From a virus, in the IMG/VR virus record IMGVR_UViG_3300046170_000470: a stretch of DNA of 64,000 nt; one strand, written 5' to 3'. Shown piece after piece: positions 26,172-39,100 of the stretch (position 1 is its first letter; the number at the start of each line of letters is the position of its first letter). Below the pieces are notes generated by a model. It saw only the letters and a program-made list of their open reading frames with translations. It ran no database searches and was not told where the DNA came from. The position numbers and the translations under genes are program-made.

Positions 26172-27527
26172 ATGGACGCAAAGGATTTATTAGAAGCAGG
26201 TATAGATTTTATAAAGACCAAAGCGGGGCAAAAAGCTTTAGGTGTTGGGTTAGATGCTACTTTCTTAAAAACTCCAACAGAAAAAATATTAGAAGATTCT
26301 CCCAATTCTAAAAGTTTAAAAGAAAAATTTAATTCCTTTATCCCACAATTAGAAGAATTTGAAATAGAAGGAAGACTTTATGATGAAATAACTTCTAAAC
26401 CTATAGAAGGAGTTAAAGTAGAACCTATATTAGCTATACAAGAAGGAAAAAAAGTATTTACTGATGAAAATGGTAAATTTAATATAAAACTTAAAATTCC
26501 TATACTCCCATATAATAATAAAGCTTTAGTAGAACCCAAATTAACATATACTAAAAAAGGATATATTCCTCAATATGCCGAATTACTAACTTCCCAAAGA
26601 AGGGTTAAGTTATATTTAAGAACAAAACCATTACTTAATATAAAATTAGCTGCTGATTTTGAAGTTGATGAACTTAAAATCAAAATATACGAAAAAATAG
26701 AAGAAGCTGCTAATAAAGCAGCATCCCTCCCAGAAAAAATTCTTATAGTTAGAAGAAAAGCTATAGAAAAAATGACAAATACCATTTTATTTAAACTTCT
26801 TCCTTTAGGTGTTGGGTTATTATTAGTATTTGGTATAACTAAAATTAAAGATAGAAATAAAAAAATATGCCCTACTCCTTCACAATTAAGAAGAGCAGTT
26901 AAAAAACGAAATTCCATAGTTAAAGCTATAAACCAGCTTTACCTTATGTTAATTGTTAATGTAGGTTTAGCTGTATTATTTAACTATTTATTTATTCAAT
27001 TAAAAGGAGTCAGGGCCCAAATTTCTAGTTTATCATTTCCAACAGCCTCCCCTCCTGGAGTAGGAGTACCTTATTCACTAATTTCAACCTTAGAAAATGT
27101 AAAAGGTATATTAGATAAACTTGCTAATCAAAATAAAACATTAAATATTCAACTTATTATTGCCCTAATATTTTTTGTAGTAGGAATGATAATAATAACT
27201 ATGATATTAAAAACCATTGATTCTTTAATATTTGAATGTGCTAAAGATACAGAGATTGATTTGGAAGAATTAAACCCCGAAATCCAAAATTTAACAAAAG
27301 AAGCAGAGGATAATATAGTTACCCCTGATAAAATTAATGGATTTAAAATTGAAGTAATAGAAGTAGATAAAAATGCCATTGGTAAATACAAAAAAAGACA
27401 AGCTATTGGTAAAAATTCTCAGGGTATTATTTTAGTAAGGGGAGACGAATCATTTGGTTCTAGTGATTCTGTCCTTATTAATGAACTTATATTCTACATT
27501 AGGTCAAACGATTTAAAAGCATTTTAA
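26172..27527 (+). CDS. membrane protein with CarboxypepD_reg-like domain
   Basis: IEGRLYDEITSKPIEGVKV…TDENGKFNI…KKGY; three hydrophobic helices. Confidence 0.6.
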   Translation: MDAKDLLEAGIDFIKTKAGQKALGVGLDATFLKTPTEKILEDSPNSKSLKEKFNSFIPQLEEFEIEGRLYDEITSKPIEGVKVEPILAIQEGKKVFTDENGKFNIKLKIPILPYNNKALVEPKLTYTKKGYIPQYAELLTSQRRVKLYLRTKPLLNIKLAADFEVDELKIKIYEKIEEAANKAASLPEKILIVRRKAIEKMTNTILFKLLPLGVGLLLVFGITKIKDRNKKICPTPSQLRRAVKKRNSIVKAINQLYLMLIVNVGLAVLFNYLFIQLKGVRAQISSLSFPTASPPGVGVPYSLISTLENVKGILDKLANQNKTLNIQLIIALIFFVVGMIIITMILKTIDSLIFECAKDTEIDLEELNPEIQNLTKEAEDNIVTPDKINGFKIEVIEVDKNAIGKYKKRQAIGKNSQGIILVRGDESFGSSDSVLINELIFYIRSNDLKAF

Positions 27528-27531
27528 TTTA

Positions 27532-27541
27532 ATATTTATAA
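27532..27541 (+). promoter_or_regulatory. late promoter motif ATATTTATAA
   Basis: Intergenic, before 27556. Confidence 0.7.
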
Positions 27542-27555
27542 TAAATCATACACAT

Positions 27556-27927
27556 ATGAAAGTTAGTCAATTAAAAACAATAGTAAAAGAAGCAGTTAGA
27601 GAGGCAATTCAAGATGAATTAAAAGATATTCTGCTTGAAGCAGTACGCTCCCCTAAACAGGTAGTTTCAGAATATAAACCTACTAACCCAACTGTATCTA
27701 CACCTTCTCCTACTAACCCAGTAGCAACAAAAACAAGAGAAGAAATTAGAGAAAATTATATGAATGTTTTAGGAGGTATGATGCCCGGTAAAGATGGTAC
27801 TATTTCTGCTAATACTAATCATATGCCCTTACAAGTAACAAATACTGATACTGCAAGTCCTAATGGAAGTTTACCTCAGGGGAATGTATCAATGGATCAA
27901 ATTATGGGATTAATGAATAAAAGATAA
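27556..27927 (+). CDS. hypothetical late protein
   Basis: MKVSQLKTIVKEAVREAI N-terminus. Confidence 0.7.
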   Translation: MKVSQLKTIVKEAVREAIQDELKDILLEAVRSPKQVVSEYKPTNPTVSTPSPTNPVATKTREEIRENYMNVLGGMMPGKDGTISANTNHMPLQVTNTDTASPNGSLPQGNVSMDQIMGLMNKR

Positions 27928-27929
27928 AA

Positions 27930-28337
27930 ATGGCATTTGGAGCAAAACAGATATTTCCTAATGATACCAGAGCACGTGTAGCTATTGGTGTTAATTTACC
28001 ATTAAATGGTAATGCTGTATTTGACTCTAATTACCAAACAAAAGATTCTATTAAAAGTAACTTAATAAATTATTTTTTAACCAACCCAGGGGAAAGAAAT
28101 GGGAATCCTACTTTTGGAGCAGGACTTAAAAATTTTTTATTTGAACAAATAACCCAGGACAATTTAGATTTTTTAGAAGAAAATATTCAAGAAAAATTAA
28201 AAAATTATTTTCCTAATATAGATGTAGAAGATGTTGAATTAACTTCTAACCAAGATTTAAACAAAATAACAATATCTATTTCATACTCAATATCTAATAC
28301 GGGTATAAATGATAATTTAGAATTAAGCTTTGCATAA
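27930..28337 (+). CDS. baseplate wedge subunit, GPW/gp25 family
   Basis: IKSNLINYFLTNPGER…PTFGAGLKNFLFE. Confidence 0.9.
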   Translation: MAFGAKQIFPNDTRARVAIGVNLPLNGNAVFDSNYQTKDSIKSNLINYFLTNPGERNGNPTFGAGLKNFLFEQITQDNLDFLEENIQEKLKNYFPNIDVEDVELTSNQDLNKITISISYSISNTGINDNLELSFA

Positions 28338-30175
28338 TGGCAACAAATAGAGAAATAAAATATTTAAACCAAGATTTTAGTGGGTATAGGACTAATTTAA
28401 TAAATTATGCACAAACCTACTTCCCTACTACTTATACAGATTTTTCTGCTACTTCTCCTGGAGTTATGTTTATGGAGATGGCCTCTTATGTAGGTGATGT
28501 TTTAACTTATTATTTAAATAACCAAATACAGGAAAACTTTTTACAATACTCCAGACAAACATCTAATATATATGATTTAGCTTACATGTTTGGGTATAAA
28601 CCAAAAGTTACAGGATTAGCAACCGTTAATATTGATTTTTATCAAGAATTACCTGCTAAAACTGTAGATGGTAAAAAAGTACCTGATTATGATTATGCCT
28701 TATATATTGAAGAAAACACCCAAATAACCTCTAATGTTGGTTCCCAAAAATTCATAATTGAAGACCCTGTTGATTTTACTATATCTAGTTCACTAGACCC
28801 AACAATAGTTAAAATAGCACAAGTATCAGATGGAGAACCTGTATATTTCTTATTAAAGAAAACCAGAAAGGCAATTTCGGGCACAATAAACTCAACTACT
28901 TTTACTTTCACAACCCCAACAGAATTCCCTACAGTAAGTATTTCATCTAATAATATAGCCAATATAGTTGATATTACAGATTCAGATGGTAACCTATATT
29001 ATGAGGTAGACCATTTAGCACAAGACTTAGTATTTAATGATATAAAAAATACTAATATAAATGACCCCAACAATTATCAAAATACAGATACCCCTTATAT
29101 CCTAAAAACAAAACAAGTCCAACGTAGGTTTGCCACTCGTTTTTTATCTGAAAATGAATTACAACTTCAATTTGGGTCGGGTAATGCTGATAATAATGAT
29201 GAAGATATTATACCAAACCCAACAAATGTAGGTTTAGGTTTACCATTTGAACGTAATAAATTAACCACAGCTTATAGCCCAACTAATTTTATTTTTACTA
29301 ATTCATATGGTATTGCCCCTTCAAATACTACTTTAACAGTAAGGTATTTAGCTGGTGGAGGTATTTCATCTAATGTATCTTCTAATACTTTAACTTCTTT
29401 AGATAATTCAACTATTAAGTTTTTAAAGAATAATCTTAATCCAACTACTTCAAATTATATTTTTAATACAGCGGCATCAAATAACTCAACTGCTGCTTCG
29501 GGGGGTAAAGATGGTGATACTATAGAAGAAATTAGGCAAAATTCTATTTCTAATTATTCTTCACAATTAAGAAACGTTACGGCTAATGATTACCTAGTTA
29601 GATCTTTAAGCATGCCCCCTAAATATGGTGTAGTATCAAAGGCACATACTCAAAAACCAAATGTAGAAGATTATTTATCTTCATTAGATTTGTATATTTT
29701 ATCTTTTGATTCAAGTTCAAAACTTAAAACATCTTCTACTACATTAAAAAATAATTTAAAAACATATTTAAACCAATATAGAATGATAGGTGATACTATT
29801 TCTATTAAGGATGCCTTTATAATTAATATTGCTTGTGATTTTGAAATCATAACATTACCTAACTATAATAATAATGAAATTATATTAGCATGCATTACAG
29901 CAGTACAAAGTTATTTTAATATAGATAAATGGCAAATAAACCAACCTATTATATTAAGAGATATTCAAATATTATTAGATAATATAGAAGGAGTACAAAC
30001 CGTTAAAAAAGTAAAAATTACAAATAAAGCAGGAACAACTTCCGGGTATTCTAAATATGCTTATGATATTAAGGGAGCGACCCAAAATGGTGTAATATAT
30101 CCATCATTAGACCCTTCTATATTTGAATTAAAATATTTAAACCAAGATATTAAAGGAAAAGTAGTAACAATATAA
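28337..30175 (+). CDS. baseplate wedge subunit (gp6/baseplate J-like)
   Basis: DFSATSPGVMFMEMASYVGD, GYKP, GGKDGDTIEEIR, RNVTANDY. Confidence 0.88.
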   Translation: MATNREIKYLNQDFSGYRTNLINYAQTYFPTTYTDFSATSPGVMFMEMASYVGDVLTYYLNNQIQENFLQYSRQTSNIYDLAYMFGYKPKVTGLATVNIDFYQELPAKTVDGKKVPDYDYALYIEENTQITSNVGSQKFIIEDPVDFTISSSLDPTIVKIAQVSDGEPVYFLLKKTRKAISGTINSTTFTFTTPTEFPTVSISSNNIANIVDITDSDGNLYYEVDHLAQDLVFNDIKNTNINDPNNYQNTDTPYILKTKQVQRRFATRFLSENELQLQFGSGNADNNDEDIIPNPTNVGLGLPFERNKLTTAYSPTNFIFTNSYGIAPSNTTLTVRYLAGGGISSNVSSNTLTSLDNSTIKFLKNNLNPTTSNYIFNTAASNNSTAASGGKDGDTIEEIRQNSISNYSSQLRNVTANDYLVRSLSMPPKYGVVSKAHTQKPNVEDYLSSLDLYILSFDSSSKLKTSSTTLKNNLKTYLNQYRMIGDTISIKDAFIINIACDFEIITLPNYNNNEIILACITAVQSYFNIDKWQINQPIILRDIQILLDNIEGVQTVKKVKITNKAGTTSGYSKYAYDIKGATQNGVIYPSLDPSIFELKYLNQDIKGKVVTI

Positions 30176-30176
30176 A

Positions 30177-31338
30177 ATGGCAGTATATAAATTATTTCCC
30201 GAAAAAGATACAACTATATATTCAGCATATCCTGTTATGAATACAGGATTAGATGCAATTTTAGAAGTATCTAATACAGTACCTTCAATTGCTCCTTCCC
30301 CTAGGGTTGCTAGAGCATTAGTACAATTTAATCAAGATGAAATTGAAGATGTTGTAAATAACAAAATTTCAGGAGCAAATTGGTCTGGGAGTTTAAAATT
30401 ATTTATAGCTCAAGCCCAAGGTATTAACTTAGATACTATTATAAAAACATATCCTGCTTCTGAAAATTGGAGTAATGGAACAGGTGAGTATGGAGATTCC
30501 CCCCCAAACCGTAAATGGGACTAGTTGGAAATATATTAATTATTCTGGTTCAGATATTTGGAAAACTGGTGGGTATACTCCGTATGTAACAGGTTCCTAT
30601 TCAGGTAGTATTAGTACGGGTTTAGCTAATGGAGTAGGAGGTAACTGGTATACAGGATCGGGTTATATAGATGGAGAATTAGTTGCTAGTCAGTCATTTG
30701 GTTTAAGATCTGAAAAAGATTTGGACATGAATGTGACTAATATTATAAATGCATGGTATTCATCCTCAACTGAATCCCCTATTAATCCTATAGATAATAA
30801 TGGTTTTATTTTAAAATTAACAAGTAGTGTTGAATATAGCACTTCTAGATCAATTCAACCTATATTTAAATATTATTCAACAGATACTAATACAATTTAC
30901 CCCCCAACTTTAGAGTTTAAATGGGATGATCAATCTTTTGAAACAGGTAATCTATTAGAAATAACAACCTCAGATTTGTTTGTGTCTTTAGATAATAACC
31001 CAGGAACATTTAGATCAGAAAGTGTAAATAGATTTAGATTAAACGTGAGGGAGCAATTTCCTATCCGTACATTTCAAACATCATCTCTATACACTACAAA
31101 TAAACATTTAAATAATGAATCACTATATGCTATAAAAGATTTAGATACAAATGAATTTGTTATAAATTTCGATTCTAATTTTACTAAAATATCATGTGAT
31201 CCAAATGGGAATTATTTTGATATTTATATGAATGGATTAGAACCAGAAAGATATTATAAAATATTAATAAAAACTACTATTAATGGTAGTACTATAGTTA
31301 AGGATGAAGATTATTACTTTAAAGTAATTAATGGGTAA
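30177..31338 (+). CDS. structural protein; two ORFs joined across a frameshift in the C-run near 30500
   Basis: 30177..30524 and 30475..31338 read as one protein (…YGDSP-QTVNGTSW…). Confidence 0.7.
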
Positions 31339-31778
31339 TGGAAAAAAAAGTAGACGTAAAAAAGAAAGTATTTAATAAACCCCAATACATTAAAACTATA
31401 AATACAAAGTTTAATGAATTGGGAGTTACAGATATAGTTGAAGATATAGAATCTACTGTAACTGTAAATGATTTTTTTCAATATTATGATGAATTATTTT
31501 TTGAAATTCCTTCAACTGGACCTAAAAATTCCCATGAATATTTAGTTAAAACTAGTGGTGAATATATAAATTATGACCAAGATAGTGATATAGTAAAAGC
31601 ATTACAAGAAGAAATTACATCTTTACGAGAAGAAAATTTACAATTACAAGTAGATATAGTTAAGGCTCAAACTGGAGAAAATATATCAATTACACCTTCA
31701 TTAGATGCTCAAGTTATTTCTACTGATAATACTGATGTCTTAAATTCTATTGGGGCTGGTGGTTTAAACGGATTATAA
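31338..31778 (+). CDS. hypothetical structural protein
   Basis: ORF track, coiled-coil segment. Confidence 0.7.
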   Translation: MEKKVDVKKKVFNKPQYIKTINTKFNELGVTDIVEDIESTVTVNDFFQYYDELFFEIPSTGPKNSHEYLVKTSGEYINYDQDSDIVKALQEEITSLREENLQLQVDIVKAQTGENISITPSLDAQVISTDNTDVLNSIGAGGLNGL

Positions 31779-31779
31779 A

Positions 31780-34700
31780 ATGGAAGATAAAGTTTTAATT
31801 TTACCTGTAGATTCACAAACATTCGAAGTGGTGGAATATTCGACTGAAGATACTTCTCTAATTTCTTCTTTTGAATTAGACACTGAATTTTCCAAGTCAT
31901 CAGACTACATTGAATACTATATATTTGATGAAAATCAAAATATAATTTTTCCTAATTCTACAACCGAACTTTTATCTTATAGTGTAAGAGATGGGCATGT
32001 AATGATAGATCCTAAACAGGATTTACAAAGGAATGACTTTGATGAGGGTAACTATTATATAAATTATAACTTTTATAGAAAACATCTTAACTCTGATATA
32101 CTAAATAAGTATTATATAGAAGAAATATCCTCAGATAGAACTGAAATTAGATTAAATTCAACAACTATATCTAATTCTGATATTGAAACTTCAACAAATG
32201 AATTTACCAATTATAGAAACACAAAAGATTATTTTGTTGATTTTTATTTAAATTTTGGGGACAACAATTTAATAATAGCTAATAATGCCCAATTAGATGT
32301 TATAAATGAAACAGACTATTCTATTTTAATTAAATTATACTCCCCACTCCCTTCAGATTTTAATTTGAAGTCACAATGTTGGGTTATAGAAAAAATATCT
32401 GAAGATCAATCTTATCAGGTTAAATTTCCTATACCTGTATTTGATCCACAAGATTTTGAATTCATAGCAGGGCCTAATTTAAGTTTAGATATAAAAGATG
32501 AAACTGGAGTTTCTTCACAAGAATATTCTTACGATACTTTAATTAATTCGTCTATTACATCTTCTAATTCTCAAATTCAAAGTTTATTAGCAGAAAAAGG
32601 AATTAAAATTAACGTAAATTATGAGAACTTTTCAAATTATGTTAAATTTTCTTCAGCTAAAATTAGGTTAGAAAACTTTTATTATAAAGTAGGATTAATT
32701 GAAAATTATACTAATCAAATTACTACTTTAGATTCTAATATAACTAGTAATACTTCTACTTCTACTGAATTTAGCTCCTCAAAAGCTGTATTTGAAGAAC
32801 AAATAAATTCTATTATTAAGAATTTTGATGGGTATGAATACTTCCTTTATTATAATTCTGGATCAGATTTTAGTTATCCTAAATCTAATTCATCCCTTCC
32901 TTATACTTTATATTCTACAGGAAGTACAGAAGTATTAGAATGGATAGGTAGTGCCGACTCTACAAACGACTTACTATGGAGGGTTTAGCCCTTTCAGCAT
33001 CAAATTATGATGAAGACAACCAAGATTATTTATATTGGAATATCCCGGAATATCTAAGAGATGATCCAAATAATAGACAATATGAATTGTTTATTGATAT
33101 GGTAGGCCAACACTTTGATAATATTTGGATTTATACTAAAGATATAGTAAACAAATTTGATGCGGATAACCGTTTAAATTATGGTATTTCTAAAGATTTA
33201 GTAGCAGATGCTATTAAAGACTTTGGTATTAAATTATATTCAAATAATTATAATACTAACGATTTATATAAATCATTTTTAGGCATAACCCCATCAGGAA
33301 ATACCTTTCCTCAAAATAACATTCAATCTTACTTCCCTGTATCTCCAGGTAATGAGTACATAGATACCCGTATATCTGCATCAAATGACATAATGCCATT
33401 AGACGATGTTAATAAGCGATTATATAAACGAATATACCATAATATACCGTATTTACTTAAAACTAAAGGCACAATAGCTGGATTAAGAGCATTAATAACC
33501 TCTTATGGTATTCCTGATACAGTTTTACGTATAAATGAATTTGGTGGTAAAAATAAAATTAATAAACAAGATTGGGATTATAAACAAAATATATTTAATT
33601 ATGCTTTAGAAGTAAGTAAAGATAGCTATTTTAGCTCTTCACTTACCCCAAACACCAATTTTTCTACAACAAACCCAGAAACAATACAGTTTAGATTCAA
33701 AACACCAGGAATACCTACATCAAGTACTTATCAATGTTTATTTGCTACTGATACCTCAAACCGGTTAGTAATAGAATATACAGGGTCTAGTTATGTAAGT
33801 GGTTCCCATTCAGGATCTATAGCTGATCCTTATAATGAATATGGTACTATAAAATGGGTTGATGGGCTAAATCCCGAAATAAATGTTAGTGCATATTTAC
33901 CAATATTTAATGGTGAATGGTGGTCAATAATGCTAAATGCAGATGCTACTACAACTTCTTTATCTGTAGCTAATAGTATAGATAATAAAATTGGTTTCTC
34001 AAGTTATGATTCAGATGATAGATATAGTAACTTTTACCACATTGCAGATAATGCTACTTTTCCTTACCCCTATGGGTTTCAATTGTCGGGTCAAAGCTAT
34101 GAACCTTTTTCAGGGTCAATTCAAGAAATAAGATATTATTCTTCTAGCATTAATACTTCTTCTTTTGAAGATTTTGTACTTAACCCATTATCATTTAATG
34201 GAAATGGATCAACAACATCTGATGAATTAATATTTAGAGCGGATTTAGGGAGTTTATCTTCTACTTCTAGTAGAGAATCAATACACCCTAAAGTAACGGG
34301 TTCATGGGGTATAACTTCATCTTTTGCAAACGGAGATAGCAATTTTATTTTAGAAAACCCAACATTCGTTTCTAATAAAGAATTTATATATCAAAACCAA
34401 CCCTTCCAAGGTATTAAAAATAAAATTAGTGATAAAATTTCAATATTTGAAAATATATTACCTGAAGGAGATACTTTATCCTCAAAAAGATCAATTCAAC
34501 AATATTCTTATTTAACCCAAAGTACTACCCCAGATGCTGATTATTTAGAAGTAGCCTTTTCTCCAACAAATCAAATTAATGATGATATAACAGCAGAATT
34601 AGGTAACTTTAATATAGGTGATTATATAGGTGATCCTAGACATATATCAGAATCAAGAACAAATTATCCTGATTTAGATAAATTAAGAGACCAATATTTT

Positions 34701-36099
34701 TTAAAATATATTAAAAGTTATGATGTTAAAGATTTTATTCGTTTAATAAAATACTTTGATAATTCATTATTTAAAATGATTAAAGATTTTACCCCTGCTA
34801 GAACAAATTTGTCTGCAGGAGTAGTAGTAAAACAACATTTATTAGAAAGAAATACTTACTCAGCAATTCCCTGTATCATATGAAAACCAAACATATTCAG
34901 GCTCAGTAAAATCATTCCCAAGAAATTATAGTACTGGATCTAGTAATTCTGCAAATTATGACCCAATAAGTGGTTCATCTTTATATGTTAGTAAAGGTGG
35001 GACTGTAGGTATATTTGAAAGATTTAACGGTTTAACTTTTTCTCCAAGTGGGAGTGATGGGGATGGCCCCAATAATGTATTTGGTATTACCCAAAGTTGG
35101 AACGAATATTTCCCATCAATATCAGGTTCAGTAAAATATCCTAGAGATGACCAAAGGGAATTTTACAATGGTGAATTTAGTCAATCTAGTCATATTAAAT
35201 TACAAAGGGGATTAAATATAGGAGAAGATGATCCTTGTTATGAATATACAAATTGGGAAAATGTTCCTGATTTATTATATAGATTAGAATTCTTTAGTGG
35301 TTCTAATAATGCATATAGAATAGAATCATATACACCACCACCACCAATTGTAGGAGATGAATATTATCTTTCTCCAAATTCTTCATATACCCCAGGAGAA
35401 GCTTGCCAACTAACAGGAAGTTTGTCTGCTTTTATAAACGTCCCATCAATTCACTCTATTAATATAGATGACATTTTATATGGGGAAGAATCTTTAGAAA
35501 ACCCAATTGATGGTGAGGGGAAATGGTGGGGTATTAGACCTATGAACTCAACTTTACCAAATAATCAATTTTCATTAAAAATTACATCTGAGGGGGTAAT
35601 ACTAGATAAAAGAATATGTAAAGTTGTATATTCTGCTATGTTATTAAAAGAAGCTACAAACAATACCCTTCAACAAGTAGTATATAATGGAGATTATAGT
35701 ATAGGTGATTTTGTTAGTATCGCAAATTTAGATTTAGAACTTCCAATACCAGGATGTTGGGAGATTATAGATATAGTCACTCAGACAGCAATCCCAACAC
35801 TAGAAATTACAAACATTTGCACCCCAGTACCACCCCTATTAGACTGTATGGGTCTTGGGTATCATTCATATAGCCCTTACCAAGCATGTAATATAGCACA
35901 AAACACCCCAGAAAATGACTTGGATCAGTATTGTTTATCATCCAATTCTCCCATAACAAACATAGGTAATGCAATTGCTATATACGACTCAGGAAGTATT
36001 GATTATGCAAATCCAGGTGTCTATTCAGATGGGTTTGGGTATAGATTTTGGGATGGTCAAGAATTTATAGGAAATACTATCCGTTGTCAACAAAATTAA
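31780..36099 (+). CDS. large baseplate wedge/tail protein (gp7/Tail_P2_I-like segment) with two frameshifts near 32970 and 34870
   Basis: ORFs 31780..32988 and 32976..34883 plus an open frame 34870..36099; IPEYL and LLKTKGTIAGLRALITSYG motifs. Confidence 0.65.
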
Positions 36100-36116
36100 T
36101 AAAATAGATATAAAAA

Positions 36117-39100
36117 ATGAGTTTAGATTATTACCAAATATTTAACGATTCAGCAGATACTAAAGCATTTGCCTATACTAGTGGGTCTGTTTCTCCTGGT
36201 AATACATTTACCATAGAAATTACAGGAAATAGCTCTTCTATTATAGAAAGCTACATCCAACCCTATAATTTAGTATTAGGTACTTCTGAACAAGAATTTT
36301 TAAGTGATAGTTTTTTCCCATCAACACCAGGAAATGCTTGGTTATGGAATGATGGAAATAAAGTAAAATATATTAAAATCCACCATACATCTATTAATGA
36401 CCAAAGTATAGCTCCTTATATAAATAGTACAAATATTATTTCATTTTATTTAGATAGTGCTGTAAATTCTTTAGGAAATTATTTACATGGGGAGGATGTT
36501 CAAGAAGTTGAAGATTATGCTTTAAATAATAGTACTCCATACCCTCAAAGCTATAGTTTGTTAGTAATAGACCAAAATAACCCTATTACCTCAACAGCAG
36601 TAGCATCTAGTAATGCTGATAATATAAACTATAACTTCTTTGCTAGTGGTAGTTATACATGGTATGCTACATCTTCAGGAAAAACAGAAGAACCTGTAGC
36701 TTCTAGTGGGTTTAGTTCTTCATTAGCACAGGGCTTTTTTCCTAAAAATTTAGAAGATTTTGGTGATGAACAATTTTTTAGAGGGTGGAATAATGCCAAC
36801 TACTATGTGCAAGGTAATTTAATTGAAACCACAGGATTCTTAAGTGATGTTTTATTACAATTTAATACGGGTTCAACAGAAAGAGATTATGATGTTAATA
36901 ATCCTTACCAACATAGTGTATTACCATTTTTTATAGATTCCCCTTATTCTTTGGAATTAATAGATAACACTAACTTTTCTGCCTATAATACCCAAAACCG
37001 AGTAGTACAAATAGGACCTAGATTTATTTATTCTGCATCTATATCTAATTATGGAGATGATGAATTTGATGGAATAGGAGTATATGATGGTGTAGATGAA
37101 ACGGGCGAATTAACATATTATTATAAAGAAGATACTAATGAAATATTAGTTAGTGATCCTGATGGTATTATAAATAACCCCAAATCTGAAACTGTATTAT
37201 ATGAAGCTATTAACAACCATAAACTAATCTCATTAAATAATGCCCAAACATATACTACAGAAGAGGGTAGGGATATAATTATAGGAGCAAATAATGAACT
37301 ATGGTTATATAGAGGAAAACAACCAATAGGAACAGGAGATACTAATGCCTGGAATTATAATAGATATTTACATAGACCATATAAAATATATTTAGTAACA
37401 CAATTAGGTCCTAATGGGGTTTCTTCTAATATTAAGGAAGCTCATATAGCATTTTCATCATCATTAGCTAGTGATAGACCCTTAGATGGCACCTATGTAT
37501 TTAATTCTAGCTTAAACCAAGATGTAGAACTCACAGCTTCTGTTACATTAACAGCTTCACATTATGGTTCTGGATATGACCTAGCTACATATGATTCTTC
37601 CGATGAATACGATGAAATAAACCCACCATTATCTCTAGTTACTTGGGAGACTGCTTCATTAAGACTATACCAAGGTAATGTAAATAATAATGGATTTATT
37701 TTAGCATCATCTAGTATCTATATTAATGATGTTAATACAGACAATAAATTATTTTTATCACATTCTATATCATCAAATGCTATCAATGTTGGAGATGCTT
37801 TTAGATTAGCCTTGTTTGTAGATACTTCAAGCCAATCAACTCCTATCAACTCAGCTTTAATAGCTACTGAATATGATATGAAGATATCAGCTTCCCTCCC
37901 TGATGCAAGTGATTTGGTACCTACTTATTTGGATAACATTTTACAAGTATCTGATGATTGTGATCCAACATCAGGAAATGCAGTAGCTTCTAATCCAAAC
38001 CATATATTAATGGATGTAGATTACAGCTCAGAATATAGTGGATCACTCTCTCCAATTAATTTTAATCAAATTATGGATAGAACAGCTACAAAAGCAACAG
38101 TACCTGATTGGAATTATACTCATACTAGTATAGTTAGTGGTAGATATGAAGGTAAACAATTGCAATCACAAAGATACAATGTGTATTCTTCAAATGATAT
38201 TATGTTGTTAGGTAAAGTCTCTTCCATAGATTACAAAAATGCTTATGTAGGATATTTTAGTAAGATTATCGACCCTTACCCTGTATTAAATAATAAGACT
38301 GCTTATTATATAAAATATTTAATAGATGATCAGGGTAATTTATTAGATCCTTCTTTAAGTGATGCTAATTACCATAATTTATTAGGTGTATTTTCTCCTA
38401 ACGAAGAAAGAATAGGAAACAATAATGCACCAAAACCCACCATGGCAGCAGGTATTGTTAACAATCCCGGTAGTTCTAATGAATTAATGAAGTTAGAAGA
38501 TTTATCTGATGTATTTAAAGTGGGGTATTATCCTTCACCTATTTTATACTCTCAAACTTCATCAGTAGATTATATCGGGGATGCAAACTTAGGATCAGGT
38601 ATCCCATTAACAGGATCTAGTTATCTACAATCACTTTCCGATTATTCAGATTATGCCTTTACTTTAACAGGTCTGGTCCCAAATTCTCAATCAACAGAAA
38701 TAAAAAGAGGATATCGATATATTACAGATAATTTCCCAATGCCCCAAAATGTAACATATCAAGGACCAAGTGCGACATCTTCATTTTTCTATGATGGAGC
38801 TGACCATGCCCCTGATTTTACAGGCACCATCCCCTATATATACTTTTCAGATACATCTGCAACAGGATCAGGAATAGGAGGAGAAGGAGATTGGAATGGT
38901 AATCCACCAACATCTTCAGGAGGAGACTTATCAGATGTTTATATCCCCTCTATAGATTATACTTTTTACACAACGGGTTTACCAAAAAGAAAAACATATA
39001 GTTGGTTGTCTGGAACTTCAACCCACCAAAGGGATTTTGGAGATATTTTCTTCTACCTTCAGAAAGATGATAACGCTAATTTTACAACTCCCCAAAATAT

